DNA of 28,955 bases from Microcoleaceae cyanobacterium (GCA_051652765.1 JBOFUV010000001.1:1-28955), one strand, 5' to 3'. Positions 7,503 through 16,854 are shown, counted from the stretch's first letter. Notes: generated from the letters alone by a model not told the origin. Made by a program: numbers and translations.

Positions 7503-8861
7503 ATGCAGCTAAGCGCCTTGGGTACTCAAGAGATCATTCTTCAAGTTGTGCAAGAAATGTTGACCAAGAGTGGGATAGAATCTGATGATTCAATTCAGTT
7601 GGAAACCCAGCTTGTTCAAGACTTGAACTTCGCCTCGATTGACTTTATCGAATTAATTGTTTTGATCGAAGATCGATTCAAGCAGAAATTAGGATTTCAT
7701 GATCTGTTGATGACGGAAGGTCAATATATTGAAGACCTCAGCATCAATGAGTTGATTCAATTTGTTGACCAAAAGCTGAACTCAGAGGTTCCAGTAAAAT
7801 CAGAAGCTCCTGTTCAGCCTGTGCCTAAAGTTGTTAATTTTGCTTATTTCAATGAGGTTAATTCTGAGACTATTGGCAAAGCTGAAGTTGAAGAATTCCG
7901 CCAAACAATTGATCGTAAAGTTACCGAATTTTTACCTCATTTAGCAACCAATTCTCGCCCCAAAAATCGTCCGGCAATTTTCATTCTCTGTCCTCCCCGC
8001 TCTGGTTCCACACTATTACGAGTAATTTTAGCAGGCCATCCTCAAATTTTTGCTCCTCCCGAGTTACACTTGCTGTCCTACGCCACGCTGTCCCAACGCC
8101 AAGCCGCTCTCTCTAATGAGTGGAATCATCACTTGTTACAAGGAACGTGGCGGGCTCTCATGCAAGCCCATCATTGGAGTGCGGAAGAAGCCAAATCTTG
8201 GATGGAAACCTATGAAAATCAAAACCTTACCACTCAGCAATTTTATCAACTCTTACAGCAGGCAATTGGAGATAAAATCTTAGTCGATAAAACTCCGACT
8301 TATGCGTCTCATCTCGGTTTTCTCCAACGGGCTGAACGAGAGTTTGAACAGGCTTATTATATTCACTTAGTTCGTCATCCTTATGGCATGATTCGATCCT
8401 ATCAAGATGCCAAGTTAGATCGGATTGTGCCTTTTATGAATGCCAATTCTTTCTCACGTCAGGAACTTGCTGAACTCACTTGGATTGTGAGCAATCAAAA
8501 TATTCTAGAGTTCTTCCACCAAGTTCCTCAACATCGGCAACTTCAAGTTAAGTTTGAAGATTTAGTGCATTCTCCAGAGAAAACAGTTCAGAGCTTGTGT
8601 AATTTCCTCAACCTCGACTTCTGTTTAGAAATGCTACAACCCTATCAAGATAAAGCTCAACGGATGACCGATGGGGTAGATGTTAGTTCTGTGATGAGTG
8701 GTGACCTGAAGTTCCATCTCCATCGTTCGATTGAACCCGATGCTGCAGATCGGTGGCAGAAATATCACAGTGAAGATTTTCTCAGTGAAATGAGTTGTCA
8801 TCTCGCTCAACGTTTGGGCTATTCTCTCAATCCTCAAACTGTAGAAAAAGTGTCTGCTTAA
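7503..8861 (+). CDS. Acyl carrier protein-sulfotransferase fusion (CurM/Ols-type ST domain)
   Basis: The N-terminus is ACP-like (LVQDLNFASIDFIELIVLIEDRF). It has a PAPS-binding loop IFILCPPRSGSTLLRVILAGHP, plus PPELHLL, LVDKTPTY and IHLVRHPYGMIRS. RBS GAGGGG lies upstream. Confidence 0.88.
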   Translation: MQLSALGTQEIILQVVQEMLTKSGIESDDSIQLETQLVQDLNFASIDFIELIVLIEDRFKQKLGFHDLLMTEGQYIEDLSINELIQFVDQKLNSEVPVKSEAPVQPVPKVVNFAYFNEVNSETIGKAEVEEFRQTIDRKVTEFLPHLATNSRPKNRPAIFILCPPRSGSTLLRVILAGHPQIFAPPELHLLSYATLSQRQAALSNEWNHHLLQGTWRALMQAHHWSAEEAKSWMETYENQNLTTQQFYQLLQQAIGDKILVDKTPTYASHLGFLQRAEREFEQAYYIHLVRHPYGMIRSYQDAKLDRIVPFMNANSFSRQELAELTWIVSNQNILEFFHQVPQHRQLQVKFEDLVHSPEKTVQSLCNFLNLDFCLEMLQPYQDKAQRMTDGVDVSSVMSGDLKFHLHRSIEPDAADRWQKYHSEDFLSEMSCHLAQRLGYSLNPQTVEKVSA

Positions 8862-8953
8862 TTCACAGTATTAAAGCAGAATTTGAAGGCTTTTCTCCCA
8901 GAAAAAACCAAGTCTTCATGTCATCTTACCTATCATTAAAAACTTAAGACTTC

Positions 8954-11900
8954 ATGAATAATTCATTACTGCCGCAGTTTCAAGAATCTCCAGCATCTAC
9001 TGCGATCAACGGGGCTGAGTCTGTCTTTGCTAAGGACTTGGATCAAGATGGAGATATTGATCTTGTTTCTGCTGCTTTTCGAGATAATCAGATTGCTTGG
9101 CATGAAAATAATGGAGCTGAATCATTTACAACCCATATCGTTAGCACGAATGCGATAGGCGCAGAAGATGTTACTGCGGAAGATGTCGATGGTGATGGAG
9201 ATATTGATATTCTCTCTGCTTCTTTTCTGGATGACAGAATCGTTTGGTATGAGAATAATAGCAATCAAGATTTTATAGAACATACCATTTCTGCTAGTGC
9301 GAACAATGCTGCTCGAGTGTTTACTGCGGATGTTGATAGTGATGGGGATTTAGACGTTCTTTCTGCTTCTAGGGAAGATGATAAAATTGCCTGGTATGAG
9401 AACGATGGCGAACAGAATTTTACAGAAAAAGTAGTTTCAATTACTGCTGACAGCGCTCGCTTTGTTTACGTTGCGGATGTTGATCAGGATGGGGATCAAG
9501 ATCTGCTTTCTGCCTCTGCATTTGATGACAAAATTGCCTGGTATGAAAACGATGGCGAGCAGAACTTTACGGAAAAAGTTATCTCAAACACCGCCGACAG
9601 TGCTCGCTCAGTTTATGTTGCTGATCTTGACCAGGATGGGGATCAAGATATCCTGTCTGCATCGGGTCATGATAATACAATTGCCTGGTATGAGAACGAT
9701 GGAGGACAAGGTTTCACAGAGCATATTGTCACAACTAATAATCCAGGGGCACTTTATGTCACTGCTCAGGATGTGGATCAAGATGGCGATTTAGATATTC
9801 TGTCTGCCTCTTTTCAAGATAACAAAATTGCTTGGTATCAAAATAATGGAGAGCAAACATTTATCGAGCAAATTATTTCAACAAATGCTAGTGGAGCAAC
9901 TAGTCTTTGGGCTGAAGACATCAACCAAGATGGTCACTTAGATGTTCTGTCCGCCTCTTTTAAAGATGATAAAATTGCTTGGTATGAGAATATCGAAATT
10001 CATCGCAGTGCGGTTTTTCCAAAAGAGTCAATTATTTCTGATCAGATCCCGATTACCTATGCAGTGACAGCAGATTTGGATGCTGATGGAGACTTCGATC
10101 TGTTATCAGCTTCCTACGACAATGATCAAATTTCCTGGCATGAAAATGATGGGAATCAAAACTTCACAGAGCGAGTGATTTCCGAGGACATTTTAGGGCC
10201 TCATGATATTCAGTCAGCAGATTTAGACCAGGATGGAGATTTAGATATCTTAACCGTAGCAAGTGATGCAAATCAGCTTTTATGGTACGAAAACGATGGG
10301 AATCAGGCTTTCACAGAGCATATTATTTCTACTAATTTGCTCACTCCAAATCGTGTTTCTACGGCAGATTTAGATGCCGATGGGGATTTAGACATTCTGT
10401 CAGCATCGCGGGATGACAACAAAATTGCTTGGCATGAAAATGACGGGAATCAAAACTTCACAGAGCATGTCGTTTCTACTACAGCCCTTAATGCTCGAAC
10501 TCCCTTGGCAGTTGATTTAGATGCCGATGGGGATTTAGATATTTTGTCGGCATCGCGGGATGACAATAAAATTGCTTGGTATGAAAATGACGGGAATCAA
10601 AATTTTATAGAGCATGTCATTTCTACTACGGCAGATGGGGCTATCGGAATTGACGCGGCAGATCTAGATCAAGATGGGGATTTAGATGTCCTCTCAGCTT
10701 CGTTTGATGATGGCAAGATTGCCTGGTATGAGAATGATGGTGAACAGAACTTTACAGAACAGATTATTTCTACAGATGCGCCTGGAGCATTGCGGGTTGT
10801 AGCCAGGGATGTTGATAACGACGGAGACCTGGATCTGGCCTCTGCCTCTTTTTTGGATGGCAAGATTGCCTGGTATGAGAATGATGGTGAACAGAACTTT
10901 ACAGAACAGGTTATTTCTACGGATGCTGAGGGTGTTCTAGCTCTACTCGTCGAGGATATCGATCAGGACGGGGATTTAGATATGCTCTCCGGTTCCAATT
11001 CTCGCAATCCCAAACTCACCTGGTACGAAAATCAGGGTGGACAGGTTGCCTTGACTGCAACTGCAACAGAATCGAACTTCCTACAGCAAGGGGAAGTTCA
11101 GACTGTTTTTAACTTGGAAGTGGCCCATCAGGGGCGGATTAATGACCCCAACGCAGAGGTATCAAGCTTGGCGTTTCGATTGGAAGCCTCTCGGAATACC
11201 CCCTTAACGACTCCTGATGCCAATGTTTTAATTGAGACCTTATCCATTTATCGGGATGCGGATGGAAATGGGGTACTCGACCCAGCTCTGGATACTTTGA
11301 TCACAACGGTTGATGAACTGGCTTTAGAGAATGGCATCCAGGTTGTTCCCTTGAATGATGGCGACCCCAATACTCAAGTCATAGCAGGTGATCCGGCCCT
11401 ATTGTTGGTCTCAGTTGAACTTACTGATGATGCCGCAAGTCAAGCTCCAGGCCAATTCCGCATCATCCATCTCTCAGACGGCTTGATTCATAGTACCGTT
11501 GAAAATCAGGACTCGGATGCTCCTCTAATGTTGGAGGCTCCTCAGAACATCAGTTCTAAAACTATTCGGGCTGTCGGTGAGGTAATTGATGGAACAACAG
11601 AAGATGATTCCCTGGTGGGTACTGACGAGGCTGATGCAATCACAGGCTATGGTGGCAATGATCGCCTGATTGGAGCCAAGAGTAATGACGTTCTAGCCGG
11701 TGCTGAAGGCGATGATATCCTCTTTGGCGGGTTGGGCGATGACTGGCTCGACGGTGGCCCAGGAACAGATTGGTTAGATGGTAGCCGTGGCAATGATTTA
11801 CTCTTTGGTGGGGAAAATGCTGACTATTTTGTCTTGAGAAATCAAGCCGGAACTGACACTGTCCGAAACTTTGAACAAGGCATAGATCGATTTGTACTGA

Positions 11901-12046
11901 CCAATGGCTTAACGTTTGAACAACTCTCAATTGCTGATAATAATCAGACAATTTCCATCAGTCTTTCCAGCAGCGGACAAGAACTTGCTATTCTAACAGG
12001 AGCAATCCCGGATACACTGGATTCTAGTGATTTTTTAGTCAGGTGA
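8954..12046 (+). CDS. FG-GAP/VCBS repeat protein with C-terminal RTX Ca-binding repeats (probable type I-secreted surface protein or adhesin)
   Basis: It has 14 repeats of about 49 aa (DxDxDGDxDxLSAS...IAWYEN) and GGxGxDxLxG-type nonapeptides near the C-terminus. No N-terminal signal peptide is evident. Confidence 0.9.
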   Translation: MNNSLLPQFQESPASTAINGAESVFAKDLDQDGDIDLVSAAFRDNQIAWHENNGAESFTTHIVSTNAIGAEDVTAEDVDGDGDIDILSASFLDDRIVWYENNSNQDFIEHTISASANNAARVFTADVDSDGDLDVLSASREDDKIAWYENDGEQNFTEKVVSITADSARFVYVADVDQDGDQDLLSASAFDDKIAWYENDGEQNFTEKVISNTADSARSVYVADLDQDGDQDILSASGHDNTIAWYENDGGQGFTEHIVTTNNPGALYVTAQDVDQDGDLDILSASFQDNKIAWYQNNGEQTFIEQIISTNASGATSLWAEDINQDGHLDVLSASFKDDKIAWYENIEIHRSAVFPKESIISDQIPITYAVTADLDADGDFDLLSASYDNDQISWHENDGNQNFTERVISEDILGPHDIQSADLDQDGDLDILTVASDANQLLWYENDGNQAFTEHIISTNLLTPNRVSTADLDADGDLDILSASRDDNKIAWHENDGNQNFTEHVVSTTALNARTPLAVDLDADGDLDILSASRDDNKIAWYENDGNQNFIEHVISTTADGAIGIDAADLDQDGDLDVLSASFDDGKIAWYENDGEQNFTEQIISTDAPGALRVVARDVDNDGDLDLASASFLDGKIAWYENDGEQNFTEQVISTDAEGVLALLVEDIDQDGDLDMLSGSNSRNPKLTWYENQGGQVALTATATESNFLQQGEVQTVFNLEVAHQGRINDPNAEVSSLAFRLEASRNTPLTTPDANVLIETLSIYRDADGNGVLDPALDTLITTVDELALENGIQVVPLNDGDPNTQVIAGDPALLLVSVELTDDAASQAPGQFRIIHLSDGLIHSTVENQDSDAPLMLEAPQNISSKTIRAVGEVIDGTTEDDSLVGTDEADAITGYGGNDRLIGAKSNDVLAGAEGDDILFGGLGDDWLDGGPGTDWLDGSRGNDLLFGGENADYFVLRNQAGTDTVRNFEQGIDRFVLTNGLTFEQLSIADNNQTISISLSSSGQELAILTGAIPDTLDSSDFLVR

Positions 12047-12089
12047 CGTTTCTTCGGATGAAAGCACGGGGATTTTAAGCAGATATTCT

Positions 12090-12122
12090 AGGACAGGTTA
12101 AAACCATGTCCTTTTGTTTTTT
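12090..12122 (+). terminator. Hairpin plus U-tract downstream of the FG-GAP gene (possible intrinsic terminator; may be an IS-derived end)
   Basis: AGGACAGGTT-AA-AACC-A-TGTCCT followed by TTTGTTTTTT. Confidence 0.55.
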
Positions 12123-12252
12123 CTGATGAGCGACCCAAGAAAAACTCCTTGGGCATCATGCACCATGGCCAGATCGCCAGAACCCCTCTTAACCCAATGC
12201 CTAATCTGAAACACTTAGGAGTTTGCGACAAATAAGCTCCGGGAGAGATTTT

Positions 12253-12322
12253 ATGGCCAGTTCAGCATAGCCAGTTCAGCATGGCTAGTTCAGCATGGCT
12301 AGTTCAGCATGGCTAGTGCAGC
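12253..12322. repeat. Tandem repeat, 5 x 14 nt (ATGGCYAGTTCAGC)
   Basis: atggccagttcagc/atagccagttcagc/atggctagttcagc/atggctagttcagc/atggctagtgcagc. Confidence 0.95.
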
Positions 12323-12468
12323 GTTGAGTCGGTCGGCAGAATTAAGGATAAAATACAGTTCAAGTGTTAGTGCAAGTCTTCTTGTCCCCCCTTACCTAGG
12401 AAACCGTACCTAAGTCGATCAGATATCTGCTGTATAGTCCATAGAGTAATTATTTATATAATGTGCCT

Positions 12469-12532
12469 AGTTCAAGACTCAGTAAGTTCAAGACTCAGTG
12501 AGTTCAACCCTTAGTTAGCTCAAGGCCCAGTA
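12469..12532. repeat. Degenerate tandem repeat, 4 x 16 nt (AGTTCAAGACTCAGTA)
   Basis: agttcaagactcagta/agttcaagactcagtg/agttcaacccttagtt/agctcaaggcccagta. Confidence 0.85.
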
Positions 12533-12573
12533 TTATTTTAATTCCTGTTAACTTTTAGAATTTTGGTTGGTTT

Positions 12574-12990
12574 GTGATTACTTTAATACTGATACACCCA
12601 ACAAAGCCGATTCCAGTTAATCGCTGGATGTTTGAAAGTGAGTCAATTGTTCGAATTGGTCGAGCAAAAGATAATGATATCGTCATTTATAACTCCGTTG
12701 TTTCCCGTCATCATTTAGAGCTATGGAATAAAGATTTGGCTTGGGAAGTCGTCAATTTTGGTGCAAACGGCACCTATTTGCAAAATAAACCCATTACTCA
12801 AACCCCAGTTTTAGATGGAATGGTACTTCGGTTAGGACGAACAGGGCCAAGGTTATTAGTCAAGTTGGGTGCTTACAGCACTCCTGATTTGACCAAGCCC
12901 AACCCGAGTCAAATTGCAACTGTAACGGCGGCCTCTTTCAATGACGATGAGCTTGATGAAGATGTCACCCGCATTGAGTTTCTGGAATAG
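12574..12990 (+). CDS. FHA domain protein
   Basis: FHA motifs IGRAKDNDIVI, VSRHH and GANGTY are present. It has an acidic tail ending EDVTRIEFLE and a GTG start. Confidence 0.88.
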   Translation: MITLILIHPTKPIPVNRWMFESESIVRIGRAKDNDIVIYNSVVSRHHLELWNKDLAWEVVNFGANGTYLQNKPITQTPVLDGMVLRLGRTGPRLLVKLGAYSTPDLTKPNPSQIATVTAASFNDDELDEDVTRIEFLE

Positions 12991-13004
12991 AGCTAGAAAC
13001 ACCC

Positions 13005-14129
13005 TCAACTAAACAAGACACAGCCAATCTGCGGGTCAAATCCAAACAGTTGGGTTAAATCAAGCTGGATAACGATCTGATCGCCCGATCGTAACTGGGC
13101 ATCTGCAGGGACTTGAAATTGCACCAGGGTAGGCGCGTCAGTACCTGGCAAGCTGGCTCGAACCAAAATCTCTCGGCCTAGGGGCTCAACCACATCGACT
13201 TGAACCTTCAGCGGCACATGCTGACTCAGTTGGGGCAGATCTGTTTCTGGATGCCGACTGGATGGAATCCAAGCAATGTGCTCAGGACGAATGCCAAGGT
13301 TCAGGTGTTGGCCCTCATAGGGATGGAGTTGGTCTTGCCGCACCGCCAAACACGGGAAAGATTGACCCCCCAGCCAGAACAAACTGTTGCTGTAGGTCGC
13401 TGGCAACAAATTCATCGCCGGATTTCCCAGAAACGTCGCAACCATCTGATTAGCAGGTTGGGCATAAACAGCTTGAGGCGACCCAATTTGCTGAATTCTG
13501 CCCCGATCTAGGACAACAATCTGATCGGCCAAGGTCATTGCTTCAACTTGATCATGGGTGACATAAACGGTTGTAACTCCCAACTGTTGGTGGAGTCGCT
13601 TTAGTTCTGCACGGGTATCATCTCGCAACTGAGCATCCAGATTGGATAGGGGCTCATCCAACAAAAACACCTTCGGCTGGCGAACAATCGCCCGACCCAG
13701 AGCCACCCGCTGCTGTTGACCGCCCGAGAGTTGTTTGGGCTTACGATTTAACAAATGATCAATAGCCAGGGATTGAGCAACCTGATCAATTTGTTCCTGA
13801 ATGATGCTGTTGTCAGTCTGGCGCATCCGCAGACCAAACGCCAAATTTTCCGCTACGGTCATGTGGGGATAGAGGGCATAGTTTTGGAACACCATGGCTA
13901 CGTCCCGTTGGCGGGCTGGAACGAGATTAACCAGCCGATTGCCAATGTAAATATTGCCACTGGTTGCCGTTTCCAAGCCAGCAATAATCCGGAGAATAGT
14001 CGATTTGCCACATCCTGAAGGGCCAACAAATACCCAAAATTGCCCGTCAGGAATCTCAAAGGTTACGTCTTCAGCGGCGGTAACATTAGCGTATCGACGA
14101 GTAATTTTTTCTAAACGAACTGTTGCCAT
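13005..14129 (-). CDS. Sugar ABC transporter ATP-binding subunit (MalK/MsmK family)
   Basis: Walker A GPSGCGKS, VFQNYALYPHM, signature LSGGQQQR, Walker B FLLDEPLSNLD, YVTHDQVEAM, and a C-terminal GIRPEH/TOBE region. Confidence 0.95.
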   Translation of the reverse strand: MATVRLEKITRRYANVTAAEDVTFEIPDGQFWVFVGPSGCGKSTILRIIAGLETATSGNIYIGNRLVNLVPARQRDVAMVFQNYALYPHMTVAENLAFGLRMRQTDNSIIQEQIDQVAQSLAIDHLLNRKPKQLSGGQQQRVALGRAIVRQPKVFLLDEPLSNLDAQLRDDTRAELKRLHQQLGVTTVYVTHDQVEAMTLADQIVVLDRGRIQQIGSPQAVYAQPANQMVATFLGNPAMNLLPATYSNSLFWLGGQSFPCLAVRQDQLHPYEGQHLNLGIRPEHIAWIPSSRHPETDLPQLSQHVPLKVQVDVVEPLGREILVRASLPGTDAPTLVQFQVPADAQLRSGDQIVIQLDLTQLFGFDPQIGCVLFS

Positions 14130-14150
14130 ATCACAGTCCTAAGGTGTGAC

Positions 14151-14732
14151 TCACTGAACCCATGAATTCTCAACTAACTGTTCTAACTCTGACACCACCC
14201 GATCTAATTCTTCCACAATTGGATTGGAACCGGCTTGCTGAAACGCCCCAACTAATGACCGATAGTACCACAAGGTTCCGGTCTTTTCGGCAGTAAACCT
14301 AGCCCAGAGAGCCTCTCCCACCTGACGATAATCCCGTAGAATGGCGATCGCATTGTAGAGTTTATCCGCCGCCGAGACTAGCCGCACAGCTTCAGATGCG
14401 GTGGCAATATGGGCAATGTAGGCTTCCTTGCGTTCTCGCCAGGGCGGTTTTGGCACTGTGTCAGTATCGGTACAGCCTTCAACGATTTGCGTCACCTCAG
14501 CCCCAAATCGTCGGAAAATTTCGTCCCGTGTTGCCAGTCCCCCTTGATCTTCGATGGCATCATGGAGCAAGGCCGCGATCGCCTCATCCTCAGTGGCTCC
14601 ATATTCTAGGGCCAAACTCGCTACCCCCAGCAAATGGGCCACATAGGGCACGCCTGAACCCTTGCGTTCTTGGTTCCCGTGCAACTGGACGGCATAGTTT
14701 AAAGCTTCAGTAAATCGTGCTGAAAGTCGCAT
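14151..14732 (-). CDS. HD-domain protein, SpoT/Mesh1-like (p)ppGpp hydrolase family
   Basis: HGNQERKGSGVPYVAH, AALLHDAIED and VSAADKLYN match the RelA/SpoT hydrolase domain. There is no synthetase domain. Confidence 0.85.
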   Translation of the reverse strand: MRLSARFTEALNYAVQLHGNQERKGSGVPYVAHLLGVASLALEYGATEDEAIAALLHDAIEDQGGLATRDEIFRRFGAEVTQIVEGCTDTDTVPKPPWRERKEAYIAHIATASEAVRLVSAADKLYNAIAILRDYRQVGEALWARFTAEKTGTLWYYRSLVGAFQQAGSNPIVEELDRVVSELEQLVENSWVQ

Positions 14733-14766
14733 AATAGGTCATATTTGATGTGTTAGATTGGAAGGC

Positions 14767-15234
14767 ATGGGCAAAGAAAGTGATGGCTACAAAATTGTTA
14801 CAGATAACCGCAAGGCTCGTTTCCAGTACGAAATTCTAGAGACCTATCAGGCTGGAATTGAGCTATTTGGCACAGAGGTTAAAGCGATTCGAGCAGGCCG
14901 GGTCAACATGCAGGATGGGTATGCATTAGTTCGCAATGGGCAAGCCTGGTTACTGAATGTGCATATCTCTCCCTACGAGGCTGCGGGTGGGTACTTCAAT
15001 CATGATCCTCGCCGTACTCGTAAGTTACTCCTCCATCGTCAAGAAATCAACAAGCTGTTTGGCCAAGTTGAACAAAAGGGCTTAACTCTGGTTCCCTTAA
15101 AAATGTACCTGAAAAACGGTTGGGTCAAAATTGATATTGCCTTAGCTCGGGGTAAGAAGCTGCACGATAAGCGGGAAGATATCAAACAGCGAGACGATAA
15201 ACGGGACATGCAACGGGCCATGAAGCAGCATTAG
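14767..15234 (+). CDS. smpB: SsrA-binding protein SmpB
   Basis: NRKARFQYEILETYQAGIELFGTEVKAIR, HDPRRTRKLLLH and GKKLHDKRE are present. I prefer the ATG at 14767 over the TTG at 14758. Confidence 0.97.
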   Translation: MGKESDGYKIVTDNRKARFQYEILETYQAGIELFGTEVKAIRAGRVNMQDGYALVRNGQAWLLNVHISPYEAAGGYFNHDPRRTRKLLLHRQEINKLFGQVEQKGLTLVPLKMYLKNGWVKIDIALARGKKLHDKREDIKQRDDKRDMQRAMKQH

Positions 15235-15348
15235 ACCTGGTTCAATCACCAATCAAGTACATTAGCTTCGTTGGGTTGCAATCCAGAGCGATCGCCCTGT
15301 ATCCCCTTTTTGAAGGGGGAATTGAGGGGTTGAGATGTCTCATGCTGA

Positions 15349-15384
15349 CTTGAAAACTGCTTTGAAAACTGCTTTGAAAACCGC
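15349..15384. repeat. Tandem repeat, 3 x 12 nt (TTTGAAAACTGC), followed by TAAACATC-type repeats to about 15430
   Basis: cttgaaaactgc/tttgaaaactgc/tttgaaaaccgc. Confidence 0.9.
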
Positions 15385-15450
15385 TGTAAATTAAACATCA
15401 ATTAAACATCTAAACATCAGCTAAACACACTAAGCAAAGGACAATCTGTC

Positions 15451-16854
15451 ATGAGTGATTCAGATCTGCCAAACCAACCTCGGATTGAGCGAGACAGCAT
15501 GGGGGAGATTGCAGTGCCGGGGAATCGGTACTGGGGGGCACAAACTCAGCGATCGCTGCATTTTTTCTCCATTGGCCAAGATGTAATGCCGATTGAAGTG
15601 ATTACGGCCTTTGCGGTTTTGAAAAAAGCCGCTGCTTTGACCAATCAAGCCTTAGGAGTATTGTCCTCGGAAAAGGCAGTGTTAATCACCCAAGTGGCTC
15701 AAGAAATCATCGAGGGTCAATTCACCGAACATTTTCCCCTACGGGTTTGGATGACGGGGAGTGGCACCCAGTGCAACATGAACGTCAACGAGGTCATTGC
15801 CAATCGAGCCATTCAACTGGCGGGAGGAGTCGTGGGTAGCAAAGACCCCATTCATCCCAATGATCACGTCAATCTGTCTCAGTCCTCCAACGACACCTTT
15901 CCTACGGCCATGCACATTGCCGCAACTCTTACCCTTCACCAACGGCTCATTCCCTCGGTTCGGAAGATGCGAGATGCCTTGCACGTCAAATCTCAAGCCT
16001 TTGCTGAGATTGTAAAAATTGGGCGCACCCATTTGCAAGATGCAGTACCCCTAACCCTTGGCCAGGAGTTTTCTGGCTATGTAGCTCAATTGGATGCGGA
16101 CTTGAAACGAATTGATGCGGTTCTACCGGATTTGTATGAATTGGCCATTGGTGGAACAGCGGTGGGGACGGGCTTAAATGCGCCGAAGGGCTTTGCCATC
16201 GGGGTCGCCCAAAGAATTAGCCAGATCACAGGACTGCCTTTTGTCTCTGCTCCGAATAAATTCGCGGCGATCGCTGCCCATGATGCCATTGTGATGGCGA
16301 GTGGTGCGTTGAAAACCCTGGCCTGTTCCTTGATGAAAATAGCCAACGATATTCGCTGGCTCGGGAGTGGGCCTCGCTGTGGATTGGGAGAGTTAATTCT
16401 GCCAGAAAATGAACCCGGTTCCTCCATCATGCCAGGAAAAGTAAATCCCACCCAGTGTGAAGCGATGACAATGGTGGCGGCCCAGGTCATGGGTTACGAC
16501 ACGGCCATCACAATTGCAGGATCTCAAGGACATTTTGAACTGAATGTGTTCAAACCGATGATGATTTTTAATCTGTTGCAGTCCGTGAATTTGCTGGCAG
16601 ATAGTTGTAACAATTTCACGGATTTTCTCTTGGTCGGGTTACAGGCCAATACCAAAAAGATCAGTCAATATGTTGAGCAATCTTTGATGTTAGTCACCGC
16701 CCTCAGCCCTAAAATTGGCTACGACAAAGCGGCGAAAGTTGCTCACTATGCCCATGAAAAAGAGCTGTCTCTCAAACAAGCCTGTCTAGAACTGGGCTAC
16801 ATCTCAGCCGAAGAATTTGATCAGGCAATTGATTTAAAGAAAATGGTCAGTTGA
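15451..16854 (+). CDS. fumC: Fumarate hydratase class II
   Basis: [44 protein letters not shown] and the signature [11 protein letters not shown] are present. RBS AAGGA lies upstream. Confidence 0.98.
   Translation: MSDSDLPNQPRIERDSMGEIAVPGNRYWGAQTQRSLHFFSIGQDVMPIEVITAFAVLKKAAALTNQALGVLSSEKAVLITQVAQEIIEGQFTEHFPLRVWMTGSGTQCNMNVNEVIANRAIQLAGGVVGSKDPIHPNDHVNLSQSSNDTFPTAMHIAATLTLHQRLIPSVRKMRDALHVKSQAFAEIVKIGRTHLQDAVPLTLGQEFSGYVAQLDADLKRIDAVLPDLYELAIGGTAVGTGLNAPKGFAIGVAQRISQITGLPFVSAPNKFAAIAAHDAIVMASGALKTLACSLMKIANDIRWLGSGPRCGLGELILPENEPGSSIMPGKVNPTQCEAMTMVAAQVMGYDTAITIAGSQGHFELNVFKPMMIFNLLQSVNLLADSCNNFTDFLLVGLQANTKKISQYVEQSLMLVTALSPKIGYDKAAKVAHYAHEKELSLKQACLELGYISAEEFDQAIDLKKMVS

Noticed and set aside
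151..8861. Calling the locus heterocyst glycolipid (hgl) or ols olefin synthase
   Set aside because: The N-terminal double ER and the separate ACP-ST lacking FAAL and TE match neither canonical architecture, so no symbol was assigned.
12253..12532. CRISPR array
   Set aside because: The units are 14-16 nt, directly adjacent, with no unique spacers and no cas genes. The same applies to the arrays at 22436 and 26577.
15235..15450. ssrA (tmRNA) next to smpB
   Set aside because: The spacer is too short and has no GGGGCTG 5' end or tRNA-like 3' end.
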